From NCBI GenBank assembly GCA_964291625.2, contig OZ220089.1:576001-640000 (forward strand): a stretch of DNA of 64,000 nucleotides. The letters are read 5' to 3'. The position numbers and the translations under genes were made by a program. Under the pieces are notes generated by a model. That model did no database searches and was not told the origin of the DNA. It worked only from the letters and a program-made list of their open reading frames with translations. Below are positions 9,683 to 19,166 of this stretch, one piece after another (the stretch's first letter is position 1; every line of letters starts with the position of its first letter). Origin of the DNA: Candidatus Latescibacterota bacterium (GTDB lineage Bacteria > Latescibacterota > UBA2968 > UBA8231).

Positions 9683-12433
9683 GTGGACATAGCGAGGAGT
9701 TGGCGCCCCGGTGCGCTGGCAGTGCTGATGCTTGGAGTGACGGCTCAGGACCTGCCGGCGCAGGAGGACTTCGGAGCCCGGCTGGGTGTGCGCCGGGGCG
9801 GCGAAGTCCATTACGCGCCAACGGGCCCCGGCGTGCTCTTCGACGCCCTGGATCCGGCGGTCAAGAAGTGGTACGTGCCGCAGGAGTTGTTCAACGAGTA
9901 CCAATGGCGGCAACAGGAGTACACCAACTACGCCCGCCGGCACTATCAGCGATTCGTGAACACCAGTCTGGAAGGTGAGTACTTCTACGATCTCTACGGC
10001 AACTACGTCACCCGGGGCCGTCTGGTCTACGACTGGAACGTGGCGGCGCCGCAGACGTCGGGCAGCAGCCTCTTCAAGACCAACTTCTACGGCTGGTTCT
10101 CCAACCTGATCGTCGCCTCGGACCAGAAGGGCCAGTACTCCTATGCCATGACCGTCGGCGACCGCATCCGCACCACCCTGACGCCGATGACCTTCTCCAA
10201 GCCGTCCTTCGCCGGCATTCAGCTGGACATGGCCACCGACAAGTACGAGGCCACCCTCCTCGTCTCCCGTCCCAGCGCCCCCGGGAACATCGAGGGGCCG
10301 GAGGCGACCAGCACCGGCCGGTTCCGGTCGAACGACACCAACCTGCTCGGGGGCCGGGGCACCGTGCAGGTGGGCGACTTCGTCAAGCTGGGCGGGACCT
10401 ACGTGAACGCCTTCAACTCCTCCACCAAGGGACAGGCCTTCCAGGGCAACCCCTTCAAGGGGACCCTGACAGAGGGCCAGAACGCCGCCGACATCACGCG
10501 CATCGAGGTGCGCCTGAGCGACGATTCGCCCGAGGACGACATCGCCGGCGCCGCCTACTACCAGGAGGAAGTGATCATCACCACCATCGACGGCGAGCGC
10601 ATCAGCAACCGCCGCCGGATCGGCGACAGCAACATCCTCGACTTCCATCCCTCCGTGCAGGGAGGCTTCCTCAACCCCCAGGGCTTCCTCTCCGCCGACG
10701 GCCGGGAGATCATCGTCCTCATCTACGACCTCACGGGACCCCAGTACCAGGCTTCCTTCGGCCCCCAGCCCGAGCAGATCCGGAACATCGAGTTCCGCTT
10801 CCTCCTGGCCAACGACTACCGCATCGACCTCACCTCCGACCGCCAGCTCAACGACAACGACCAGCCGGTCCTGCTCTCCGAGGGCATTCCGGAACGGACC
10901 CTGCGGGCGCCGGGCAACGTTCAGGACGGCTCGAACCAGGGCTTCGTGAGCGTCAAGTACGGCCTGCCCGTGGCCAACGAGATCTTCGGCGGCACCATCG
11001 ACATCACCGACGTGGGCGGTTTCTTCCTCTCCGCCGAGTACGACCGCAACCGCCAGCACTTCCGTTATCCCCGGCGGACCGAGGTGGACGTGACCAATCA
11101 CCACTCCCACAACACCTCGGCCGACGCCTGGTTCGTCAACCTCTACAAGCGGTCCTATCCCTACTTCGGTTTCGGCGAGGTCTACAGTGTCGACGCCGGC
11201 TACAGCACCAGCACCTACCTGGCGGGCACCCTGAACGACGCCGCCGACATCCACTACGACAACGAGCTCCGCTTCGTCTACGAGTTCGTGGACGACAACG
11301 ACGATCAGGACCGCAATCCAGACTGGCGTCGGGCCAACTTCGGCCACGACCGGAGGGTTTTTCCCGGGTACGACGAGAACAACGACTTCATCAACGACTA
11401 CAACCAGAACGACACGGAGTACCGCCGCAACCGGCAGCCAGACTACGAGGAGCCCTTCCTGCGCTACTCCTCGGACCGGCCCGAGTTCCTCTTCGGCATC
11501 GACATGAACAACAACGGCGTCGTCGACCGCTTCGAGAACGACGACTTCCCCGACTACCTCTACAAGAGGGACCGGCGCGGCTACAATATCTACGCCGGTG
11601 CCCACCTGGGGCCCGAGGCGCGCCTCACCGTGGGCCGCCTCGACGAGCGCCAGCTGGCAGACGACCGCCGCAACGCCACCAACTACGTTCTGCTCACCTT
11701 CGACAAGGACTACGCGGGCCTGGGGCGCGTGCAGGTCTTCAACAACTACCGGCGGGCCCAGGACGACATCCGCGACCACGTGATCGAGTGGGTCGTCCTC
11801 GAAGGCTCGCGTGGAGAGCTCATCGACTACGACGATCCCCTGCCCTTGCGCGACGGTTGGGCCAACACCCTGTACCTGGGCTACCAGTACCGGGGGGATC
11901 GCCTTCAGATGCGCAACCGGGTCAAGTGGGAGGTCATTGGCCAGTCCAACTACTCCGAGCGCCCCGTGGAGCAGCGGAACCTCCGCGAGACGGCCTCCTT
12001 CGTGGGCGTCCTCAACAAGATCGACTACACCCTCGATCTCGGCGTTTTCAAGGTCCAGCCCCGGTGGAAGAGCGAGTTCCTGCGCCAGCGCCCCTCGCCC
12101 CGGGAGAACACCCTGGTGCGCGTGGCCACCACCGAGCTGCGCGAGCTCGGCTCCCTGGTCCTGCGCCTGCCGATCCTGTCCCACACGGAGCTGCAGACGG
12201 GTCTCGAGTACCTTCTCGTGAGGCAGTTCCGCGAGGAGTTGAAGACCCACCAGTTGCGCTCGGACCGCGACGAGATGGTCTATGCCCTTCAGTTCACCAA
12301 CAACGCGGAGTACGGCGGTTACGACCTGTGGACTCAGACCGGCTTCCGGGTCTCCCGCATCGACCGTGCCTCGGCGGACAAGGCGCGGACGGAGACGACC
12401 ATGTTCGTAACCATCTTCGCCGGCGTAGAGTAG
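9683..12433 (+). CDS. Hypothetical exported protein, probable outer-membrane beta-barrel with acidic Ca-binding loops
   Basis: GGGAGG SD before GTG 9683; signal peptide; Tyr/Phe/Asn/Asp rich; alternating amphipathic strands in last ~300 aa; ends TMFVTIFAGVE. Confidence 0.6.
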   Translation: MDIARSWRPGALAVLMLGVTAQDLPAQEDFGARLGVRRGGEVHYAPTGPGVLFDALDPAVKKWYVPQELFNEYQWRQQEYTNYARRHYQRFVNTSLEGEYFYDLYGNYVTRGRLVYDWNVAAPQTSGSSLFKTNFYGWFSNLIVASDQKGQYSYAMTVGDRIRTTLTPMTFSKPSFAGIQLDMATDKYEATLLVSRPSAPGNIEGPEATSTGRFRSNDTNLLGGRGTVQVGDFVKLGGTYVNAFNSSTKGQAFQGNPFKGTLTEGQNAADITRIEVRLSDDSPEDDIAGAAYYQEEVIITTIDGERISNRRRIGDSNILDFHPSVQGGFLNPQGFLSADGREIIVLIYDLTGPQYQASFGPQPEQIRNIEFRFLLANDYRIDLTSDRQLNDNDQPVLLSEGIPERTLRAPGNVQDGSNQGFVSVKYGLPVANEIFGGTIDITDVGGFFLSAEYDRNRQHFRYPRRTEVDVTNHHSHNTSADAWFVNLYKRSYPYFGFGEVYSVDAGYSTSTYLAGTLNDAADIHYDNELRFVYEFVDDNDDQDRNPDWRRANFGHDRRVFPGYDENNDFINDYNQNDTEYRRNRQPDYEEPFLRYSSDRPEFLFGIDMNNNGVVDRFENDDFPDYLYKRDRRGYNIYAGAHLGPEARLTVGRLDERQLADDRRNATNYVLLTFDKDYAGLGRVQVFNNYRRAQDDIRDHVIEWVVLEGSRGELIDYDDPLPLRDGWANTLYLGYQYRGDRLQMRNRVKWEVIGQSNYSERPVEQRNLRETASFVGVLNKIDYTLDLGVFKVQPRWKSEFLRQRPSPRENTLVRVATTELRELGSLVLRLPILSHTELQTGLEYLLVRQFREELKTHQLRSDRDEMVYALQFTNNAEYGGYDLWTQTGFRVSRIDRASADKARTETTMFVTIFAGVE

Positions 12434-12442
12434 GAGGTGATC

Positions 12443-13198
12443 ATGACCAGGTGGCTCATTCCGCTGTTTCCGGCCCTGCTGCTTTCGGCCTGTTCCTACC
12501 GCTACTACGCGGACCCCCTCACGCCCCTCAGCGAGGCCGAGCAGGGGGAGAACAAGAGCGTCGCCGACGACGGCACGGTCACCCACACGCAGGGCCGCCT
12601 CGAAGTCGGCCTGCGGCCCATGACCGACGAGGAGCTGAACCGGCAGTTCAGCTCCTTCTCCATGGACGGGGCGGACTCCCGCAACCCCTACACCTTCGGC
12701 AACTCCACCTATTTCCGCACCGGGGAGACGCCCCAGCGCTTCACCGTTTTCCGCGCTACCATCTCCAACTACCAGTACCCGAAGGTCTACCTGGATCCCG
12801 AGAGGGTCTATATCACCACCTCCAACGGCCGCAAGTACTACGCCCTGACCCGCGAGCAGCTCTGGATCTACTACCACCGCTACGTCGGCGGAGGCCACGG
12901 CGGCGGCGACCCCGGGATGAGCGGCAACGCACACCACGTGTGGAAGGAGAGGGACGGCATCCTGCGCAACACCATGTTCCCCGACCTGCCGGTCTTCAGC
13001 GCCCAGGAGGCCGAGGGGTACCTGGTCTTCAGGCCCCTGGCTCCCGACGTGGAGGAGTTGACCGTCCACATCCCCGGCCTGGTGGTGCGCTTCGACTTCA
13101 GGGGCGACCCGGCAGAGTCGGTGGACATTGCCATGCGCTTCGAGCGGGAGATCGGCCGCGTCTACCCGGACGGCAGCAGGGTAGCCACAAACGAATAA
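12443..13198 (+). CDS. Hypothetical lipoprotein (paralog of 21812-22606)
   Basis: GGAGGT SD; lipobox LLLSA-C; blockwise similarity to the 21812-22606 product. Confidence 0.7.
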   Translation: MTRWLIPLFPALLLSACSYRYYADPLTPLSEAEQGENKSVADDGTVTHTQGRLEVGLRPMTDEELNRQFSSFSMDGADSRNPYTFGNSTYFRTGETPQRFTVFRATISNYQYPKVYLDPERVYITTSNGRKYYALTREQLWIYYHRYVGGGHGGGDPGMSGNAHHVWKERDGILRNTMFPDLPVFSAQEAEGYLVFRPLAPDVEELTVHIPGLVVRFDFRGDPAESVDIAMRFEREIGRVYPDGSRVATNE

Positions 13199-13224
13199 CA
13201 AGGTCTCCTTCGGACCATCACCTG

Positions 13225-13266
13225 ACTGCGCGGTGCCGCCGCAAGGAGGCGCCGCGCAGTTTCTTT
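13225..13266 (+). terminator. Rho-independent terminator
   Basis: ACTGCGCGGTGCC...GCAA loop...GGCGCCGCGCAGT followed by TTCTTT. Confidence 0.75.
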
Positions 13267-13274
13267 GACAGGAC

Positions 13275-14969
13275 ATGCCATCGATGAGGTGGAGATCTCT
13301 CACCCTGGGTCTGTGCGCGGCTCTCCCGGCGTGCGGCCCCCAGGCCGGGCCCGGCGATCCCGCGGCGGTACTGGCCACGGTCTCCGGGCGGCCGATCACC
13401 GCCCTGGATCTGGAAGAGTACGAGCGGACCCTGCCCTCCTACCTGCGATCGAAGAAGGAGGGAGCGGCCTCCCATGGAGAGCACCTCCGGAGCCTGGTCG
13501 ACAGGGAGCTGGTCCTGGGCGAGGCCGGCCGTCGAGGGCTGGACCGGCACCCGGACGTGGAGAGCGCCCTCTCGGCGATGGTCGATGAACGCGCCGCAGA
13601 AGAGCTGGCCGGAAGACTGGTCGACGCCCGCCTCTCGGTCACTGAAGAGGAGCTGCGCACCTTCTACGAGGAGGAGTCGCTGGGTTGGCAGGTCTGGCCC
13701 GCCCACATCCTCTCCGCCACCGAAGAGGAGGCTCGCGAAGTCATCCGCCTGCTGTCGGAGGGAGCGGATTTTGGCGGACTGGCACGGGAGCGCTCCCTGG
13801 CCGGCGACGCGGACAAGGGCGGCGATCTGCAGGCCTTCTTCGGGGCCTCGGATGCCGTGCCGACCCTGCGGGAGGGCGCCTTCCACCTCGAGGAAGGGCA
13901 GGTGAGCGAGCCGATCCGCACCTTCGAGGGCTACGAGGTGGTCAAAGTGCTGCGGAAACGGAGGCGGCCCTACGGGGAGTTGCGGCAGGAGATCTATCAG
14001 CGCCTGATGACGCGCAAGGGCTGGGAGCGGCGCACCGCCATCATCGACTCGCTCAAGAAGGCTCGCGGCCTGCGTCTCCACCGCCAAATGGTGCCGGCGG
14101 TCTTCGACGGGCTGCACGGCCGGGAGGTCGACCCGGGCCATGAGCAGGCCCCCCTGGTCGAGTACGAAGGGGGCGTCGTCACCGTCCTCGACGCCATGGA
14201 GGGGCTGCGCGACCTGGACAAGGACGCCCTGCCGCCTGACACTGCCGCCGTCGTCCGCGCACTCGAGGAGAGGTTGATCCCCGATTCCCTGCTGGTCCTC
14301 GAGGCCCGGGCCCGCGGGCTGACCGATGGGCCGGGCATGGTGGAGTGGCGGGAGAGGGAGCGCCTGGGCCTGATGGCCGCACGCCTGCGCAGCGACGTGG
14401 TGAAGGGCCGGGCCGAGGTGACGGAAGAGGAGGTGAGGGATCATTACGAGCGGAACCTGGAGTCCTACACTTCCCTGCCCGGCTTCATCTGGATGACGGA
14501 GGTCCTCCTCGACACCCGCGCCCAGGCCGATTCAATCCTCGCACGGGCGCGGGCCGGCGAAGGGCTGGAGGTGCTCGCCGCCCGCCACTCGGTGCGTCCC
14601 GGCATGAAGCCGGTGGGGGGGCACACCTTTGGGGACAGCGGCAGAGTCACCATCCAGCCCCTCTACAAGTCGCCGTACCGTACCGTCTTCGGAGACCGCA
14701 ACACCGAGGATGTGGGCGTGCTCCAGGGTCCGCTGGAGGTACAGGGGAGGTACAGCGTCTTCCGCCTGGATCAGCCTTTCGAGAAGGAGGCCGTGCCCTT
14801 CTGGCGGCTGCGCCGGCGCATCGCCGGGCAGATCCTCAGGCGGCGGGAGGCCGTCCTCTTCGAGAGCTTCCTCGATTCGCTGCACCGCGCCCATGCCGCC
14901 GAAGTGGTGATCCGCGAGGAAGCCCTCTCCCGTTACGTCGCCGCCCGTCAGAGCCTCGATCCCCCGTAG
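13275..14969 (+). CDS. Parvulin/PpiC-type peptidyl-prolyl isomerase lipoprotein (SurA/PrsA-like, two rotamase-like halves)
   Basis: Lipobox ALPA-C; VLATVSGRPIT; AHIL...GADFGGLARERS...KGGDL...EGQVSEPIRTFEGYEVVKV. Confidence 0.75.
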   Translation: MPSMRWRSLTLGLCAALPACGPQAGPGDPAAVLATVSGRPITALDLEEYERTLPSYLRSKKEGAASHGEHLRSLVDRELVLGEAGRRGLDRHPDVESALSAMVDERAAEELAGRLVDARLSVTEEELRTFYEEESLGWQVWPAHILSATEEEAREVIRLLSEGADFGGLARERSLAGDADKGGDLQAFFGASDAVPTLREGAFHLEEGQVSEPIRTFEGYEVVKVLRKRRRPYGELRQEIYQRLMTRKGWERRTAIIDSLKKARGLRLHRQMVPAVFDGLHGREVDPGHEQAPLVEYEGGVVTVLDAMEGLRDLDKDALPPDTAAVVRALEERLIPDSLLVLEARARGLTDGPGMVEWRERERLGLMAARLRSDVVKGRAEVTEEEVRDHYERNLESYTSLPGFIWMTEVLLDTRAQADSILARARAGEGLEVLAARHSVRPGMKPVGGHTFGDSGRVTIQPLYKSPYRTVFGDRNTEDVGVLQGPLEVQGRYSVFRLDQPFEKEAVPFWRLRRRIAGQILRRREAVLFESFLDSLHRAHAAEVVIREEALSRYVAARQSLDPP

Positions 14970-14982
14970 GCGAGGCTCATCC

Positions 14983-17004
14983 GTGCGGCTGAGGCTCGCG
15001 GCGCTGCTCGTCGGCCTGGGACTCGTGGCGCTCCTGGAGGGCGCCCTCCGGCTGGTCCCGGCCCTCCGGCCTCCGGCCTTCACCGTCCGCCTCGCCACGG
15101 TGGAGGACCGGACCCTCAACGCCGTCAATCCGGACTACCCGCAACGCTTCTTCGCCGGCGTTGCGGGGGACCTTCCCGCGGGCGGCGTCCGCATGACCCC
15201 CCGGCCCTACGTCGAACCCGCACCGCCGGAGGCCCTGCGGGTGCTCTTCGCCGGCGGGTCGACGGTGCAGGGCTTCCCCCACCCCAAGCGCCTGTCGGCG
15301 CCCTCCTGTCTCCAGGAGATGCTCCGGGACCTGCATCCCGGACGCCACATCGAGGTCTACAACGCCGGGATCACGGCCGCCTCGAGCTTCGCCGTTGCCC
15401 GCGCCGTGGAGGACGGTGTCCGGGCCCTGGAGGCCGACCTCGTGGTGGTCTACACGGGACATAACGAGCTCTACGGAGTGTACGGGGCCGCCTCCCTCGC
15501 CCAGGGCGGCCGGGGCCTGTGGAGCAAGAGGCTTCACTACGGGGTGATGCAATGGCGGATGACCCGCCTGGTGGTCCGGCTCCTCAGGGCCTTCGGCACC
15601 GACGAGGCTCAACCCGCGGACCTGCTGGAGACCATGTCGCGCACGGGCTCCGTCCCCGTGGACGACCCGAGACGGGAACGGGCCGCCGCCAACCTGGAGG
15701 CCAACCTGAGGGACGTGGCCGCCTTCTGCCGGGAGCGGGGCATCCCCCTGGTGCTCTGCACCCTGACCAGCAACGAGCGCGGCTTCGCGCCGGCCCGCGG
15801 CGCGCCCCCTCCGGGCGAGGAGGGCACGACGTACCTGGACCTGCTGCAGGCCGGCAGCCGCGGCCAGGCCTCCGCCGGCGCCCTGCAGGCCCTGGAAGAG
15901 GCCCGCGAGCTGCGCGAGGACGACGCCTACCTGCAATTCCTGCGCGGCCACCACCTGGAGCGCCTCGGGGACGGGTTGGCGGCGCGGCAGGCCTACCTGC
16001 AGGCCCGCGAGCTGGATACCCGGCCCTGGCGGGCGACGGCCCGGCTCACCGAGGTGGTGCGCCGGGTTGCGGCCGAGGAGGGGGCGCTCCTGGCCGAGGT
16101 GGAAGGGCGGTTCCTGGATCACAGCCCGGCCGCCGGCGTGGGCTGGGAGCTGATGGCCGACCACCTGCACCCCACCGCCGCCGGGCAGGCGCTGCTCGCC
16201 CGGGCCGTGGCCGCGGCCCTGCGCGATGCACCTCAACCCTGGGGATCCCCGTCCGAGGGGCTCCGGCGCCTCCAGGCCGACGACCGCTACCGCCAGCGCC
16301 TCGGAGACCTGCCCGTCGAGCAGCTCGCCGTCACCCGGGCCATGGCCCGCCTCTTCGCCTCTCCCCCCATGGACGAGGGCAACGAGAGCCGCGCCGAAGA
16401 TCTCCGCCGGCAGGGCGCCACCCTTGTTGCCGGGCTGAGCCCCGGAGAGCGGCGCGGGGTCGAGCGCTGGGTGCAGGGAGAAGGGCCGGACCTGCTGGCC
16501 CTGAATGTGGCCGAGGCCCTGTTCTCGGCGCGGGACTACCAGCGGGCGCGATCCTACTACCAGGCCTCCCGCCTGGAGCAGCCTTTCACGATCTGGAGCG
16601 ACTTGTGGGCCACCCTGCGCTGGGTCCGTTGCGGTCGGTTGGCTGGCCGCCCGCCGGACGAGACGGACAGGGCGGCCCTCGAGACGGTGCTGGATCGCCT
16701 GCGTTTCCTGGCCCCGGCGCCCGGATTCTCCCAAGGGCTGCAGGACTTCATCGAGGGGTACGCCCGCCACCTGCTGGGGCAAAGGGCCGGCGCCCTGGCC
16801 GCCCTCGAAGCGGCCATCCGGGATGAGGAGACACGGCGCAGGTTCTTCCCCGAGCTGCTCCATCTGCTCGTGATCGAGCTGATCGCCGCAGGCCGCCCCG
16901 GGGACGCCGAACGCTACGCGCTCCAAGTCTCCGCGGAGCTGCGCCAGGAGGCTGTCGGACGCGCCCTGGTGGAGCGCATCCGGGCAGGTGCAGCCCCACG
17001 CTGA
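14983..17004 (+). CDS. SGNH/GDSL hydrolase-like protein with TPR-like helices
   Basis: N-terminal anchor; GGSTVQG (block I), NAGI, YTGHNE (block III), DHLHP (block V). Confidence 0.7.
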   Translation: MRLRLAALLVGLGLVALLEGALRLVPALRPPAFTVRLATVEDRTLNAVNPDYPQRFFAGVAGDLPAGGVRMTPRPYVEPAPPEALRVLFAGGSTVQGFPHPKRLSAPSCLQEMLRDLHPGRHIEVYNAGITAASSFAVARAVEDGVRALEADLVVVYTGHNELYGVYGAASLAQGGRGLWSKRLHYGVMQWRMTRLVVRLLRAFGTDEAQPADLLETMSRTGSVPVDDPRRERAAANLEANLRDVAAFCRERGIPLVLCTLTSNERGFAPARGAPPPGEEGTTYLDLLQAGSRGQASAGALQALEEARELREDDAYLQFLRGHHLERLGDGLAARQAYLQARELDTRPWRATARLTEVVRRVAAEEGALLAEVEGRFLDHSPAAGVGWELMADHLHPTAAGQALLARAVAAALRDAPQPWGSPSEGLRRLQADDRYRQRLGDLPVEQLAVTRAMARLFASPPMDEGNESRAEDLRRQGATLVAGLSPGERRGVERWVQGEGPDLLALNVAEALFSARDYQRARSYYQASRLEQPFTIWSDLWATLRWVRCGRLAGRPPDETDRAALETVLDRLRFLAPAPGFSQGLQDFIEGYARHLLGQRAGALAALEAAIRDEETRRRFFPELLHLLVIELIAAGRPGDAERYALQVSAELRQEAVGRALVERIRAGAAPR

Positions 17005-17023
17005 CGTCTTTCTCCAGCCCGCC

Positions 17024-19117
17024 TCAGTCCCGGCCGGTACCGATCCGTCGATGGACTTCTGCGAGCAGGGCCTGAGCCTGGGGTGAAGGGCCCCTGGCCA
17101 GCACCTGCCGCAACCGCTCGACGGCGGCGCCGTGGCGTCCCTCTTCGGTGTCCATGAGGGCCAGGTTGACGTGGGCCTCCGGGTTTTCCGGGTCCAGCTC
17201 CAGGGCCTCCAGGAAGAGGGTCCGGGCCCTCTGAGTGCGCCCGTCGAGCAGGTGCAGGGCGCCCATGGCGACCAGGGCCTCGGGCCGCCTCTCCAGGGAC
17301 AGGGCGCGCCCATACGAGTCGAGGGCGGCCTCGGGCCGCCCGGCCTGGTGCAGGGCGCGTCCCAACTGGTAGTGGATCCGGGAGTCCCGCGGCCGGGAAG
17401 CCAGGGCCCGACGGAAGTGCTCGGCAGCAGCCGCGTAGCGCCCCTGGCCGTAGAGGAGACGGGCGTACTCGTAGTTGGCCATGCCGGATCCCGGATCAAG
17501 CTCCAGGGCGCGCAGCAGGGCGGCCCGGGCCTGCAGCGGCCGGCCCGCGTCCAGGTGGATGCGGGCGAGAAGCACGTGGGTGTCCACCCGCCGGGGATTC
17601 TCCGCCAGGGTGGCCAGGGCCGTCCGGCCGCTCTCCTCCAGGCGGCCCTGATGGTAGCAGGCCACGGCCAGATTGTGGCGCGCGTAGTTGTATCCCGGAT
17701 CCAGCTCCAGGGCCCGCCGGGAGTGGGTCTCGGACAGTGCGTACTCCCCCTTGCGCAGGTAGACCTCGCCCAGGTCGAAGTGGAGTTGGGCGTCCTCGTC
17801 GGTGGGGGCCGCCCTCCCCAGGTTGCACAGGACCAGGAGAACGGCCAGGAGCACCCCCAGCCTCGCCGCCTCCGGCCAGGATCTCCGGCGCAGGCTGCGG
17901 AGCAGACGCCAGGCCGCCAGGGCGGCAAAGACGATCAGCACGGGCAGGACCGGCATGCGGTAACGGGCGGCGGGGAAGAACAGCACGACCGAGGCCGTGT
18001 AGCCGAGAACGTAGAGCCGCAACAGGGCCGTTGGATCCCCGCGGATGCGGAGGCTCAGCCCCAGGCCGAGCAGGCCCAGGGGGGCGACCAGTCCGAAGGG
18101 CATGGAGAGGTGCCGGTCCCACAGCAGGAGACCGAGGATCCAGGAGTGCTGCCGGGCATGGTAGATGTCCTGGTTGCGCTTGACCTCCGGGCCGCTCCAG
18201 AAGTCCCGGGTCTTCCTGGCGAGGAGGCCGAGGTAGTCGAGGGGGTGGGAGGCAATCCAGGCCAGGCCCTTGCGCAGGAAGTAGGAGGACTTCGCCGCCG
18301 CGGTCACGTGGCCCGCCCTCGCCGGCTCGGAGACCATCTCCTCCCACTCCACCCCGGGCCGCAGGGCGACGGTGCGCTCGTAGTCGGCGTTGTTGCCTAT
18401 GAAGAAGTTGACGCCGCCGTTGGCCGAGACCAGGACCAGGCCCGGCTCGGCGGCCCAGTTGCGCACGGTGACGGGGAGGATCACGAGGAGTGCGCAGCCC
18501 GCGAAGGGCGCCAGGACACGCGCGGAGCGCCGCCGCCACAGGTGCCAGGCGCAGAAGAGAGCGACGAAGAGGAGGATGTTGGGGCGGGCGAGGACGGCCA
18601 GACCGGCCGTCACGCCGGCCAGGCCCCAGTCCCGGCTGCGCCCCCGGTCCTGGGCCACCACCAGGAGCTGGAGAAGCAGTAGGTCCAGGAATACCTCCAG
18701 GGGTACGGCCAGCAGCTCTCCCTCGAAGTAGAGGAAGGTGCCGCACAGGGCGGCCGCCCAGCCGGCGATCCGCGCCGCCGGCTCGCCGAAGCCGCGGCGG
18801 GCGAGGCCGTACACCAGCAGGCAGGAGAGGGCCCCCAGGAGGGCGTGGACGAGACGGATGCCGACGAAGTACGAGCCCGGCATGAGCCAGCAGACGAAGG
18901 CCAGCAGGTAGATGTAGAGGGGCGCCTGCCAGTAGGGCTCGGCACCGCCCCGGAGATCGCCGGCGGCGATGGCCAGGGCCTGGTCGAGGAAGGTGCGGGC
19001 GTCGACGACGGGTGCGTCGAAGAACGGGCTGGCGCCGTGCTGGTGGATGTAGCCCAGCCTCAGCGCCAGCGCCGCCAGCAGGAGGCAGCCGGCAAAGAGA
19101 CGGGACCCGCGGCCCAT
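17024..19117 (-). CDS. GT-C (GT39/PMT_2-like) membrane glycosyltransferase with C-terminal TPRs
   Basis: PVVDARTF luminal loop, YWQAPLY, LARPNILLF, NFFIGNN, ARYRMP; many TM segments; 6-7 TPR-like repeats (ALELDP...). Confidence 0.75.
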   Translation of the reverse strand: MGRGSRLFAGCLLLAALALRLGYIHQHGASPFFDAPVVDARTFLDQALAIAAGDLRGGAEPYWQAPLYIYLLAFVCWLMPGSYFVGIRLVHALLGALSCLLVYGLARRGFGEPAARIAGWAAALCGTFLYFEGELLAVPLEVFLDLLLLQLLVVAQDRGRSRDWGLAGVTAGLAVLARPNILLFVALFCAWHLWRRRSARVLAPFAGCALLVILPVTVRNWAAEPGLVLVSANGGVNFFIGNNADYERTVALRPGVEWEEMVSEPARAGHVTAAAKSSYFLRKGLAWIASHPLDYLGLLARKTRDFWSGPEVKRNQDIYHARQHSWILGLLLWDRHLSMPFGLVAPLGLLGLGLSLRIRGDPTALLRLYVLGYTASVVLFFPAARYRMPVLPVLIVFAALAAWRLLRSLRRRSWPEAARLGVLLAVLLVLCNLGRAAPTDEDAQLHFDLGEVYLRKGEYALSETHSRRALELDPGYNYARHNLAVACYHQGRLEESGRTALATLAENPRRVDTHVLLARIHLDAGRPLQARAALLRALELDPGSGMANYEYARLLYGQGRYAAAAEHFRRALASRPRDSRIHYQLGRALHQAGRPEAALDSYGRALSLERRPEALVAMGALHLLDGRTQRARTLFLEALELDPENPEAHVNLALMDTEEGRHGAAVERLRQVLARGPSPQAQALLAEVHRRIGTGRD

Positions 19118-19166
19118 GGCCTCGAGACGGCCCTTCGCCGGCGCCTATGGACCGGGGATCAGCGGC

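Noticed and set aside
6129-13399. Very long antisense ORFs (1230 aa and 1249 aa) and many similar ones across the window
   Set aside because: Stop-poor shadow frames opposite real genes in high-GC DNA; no motifs, SD or sensible composition
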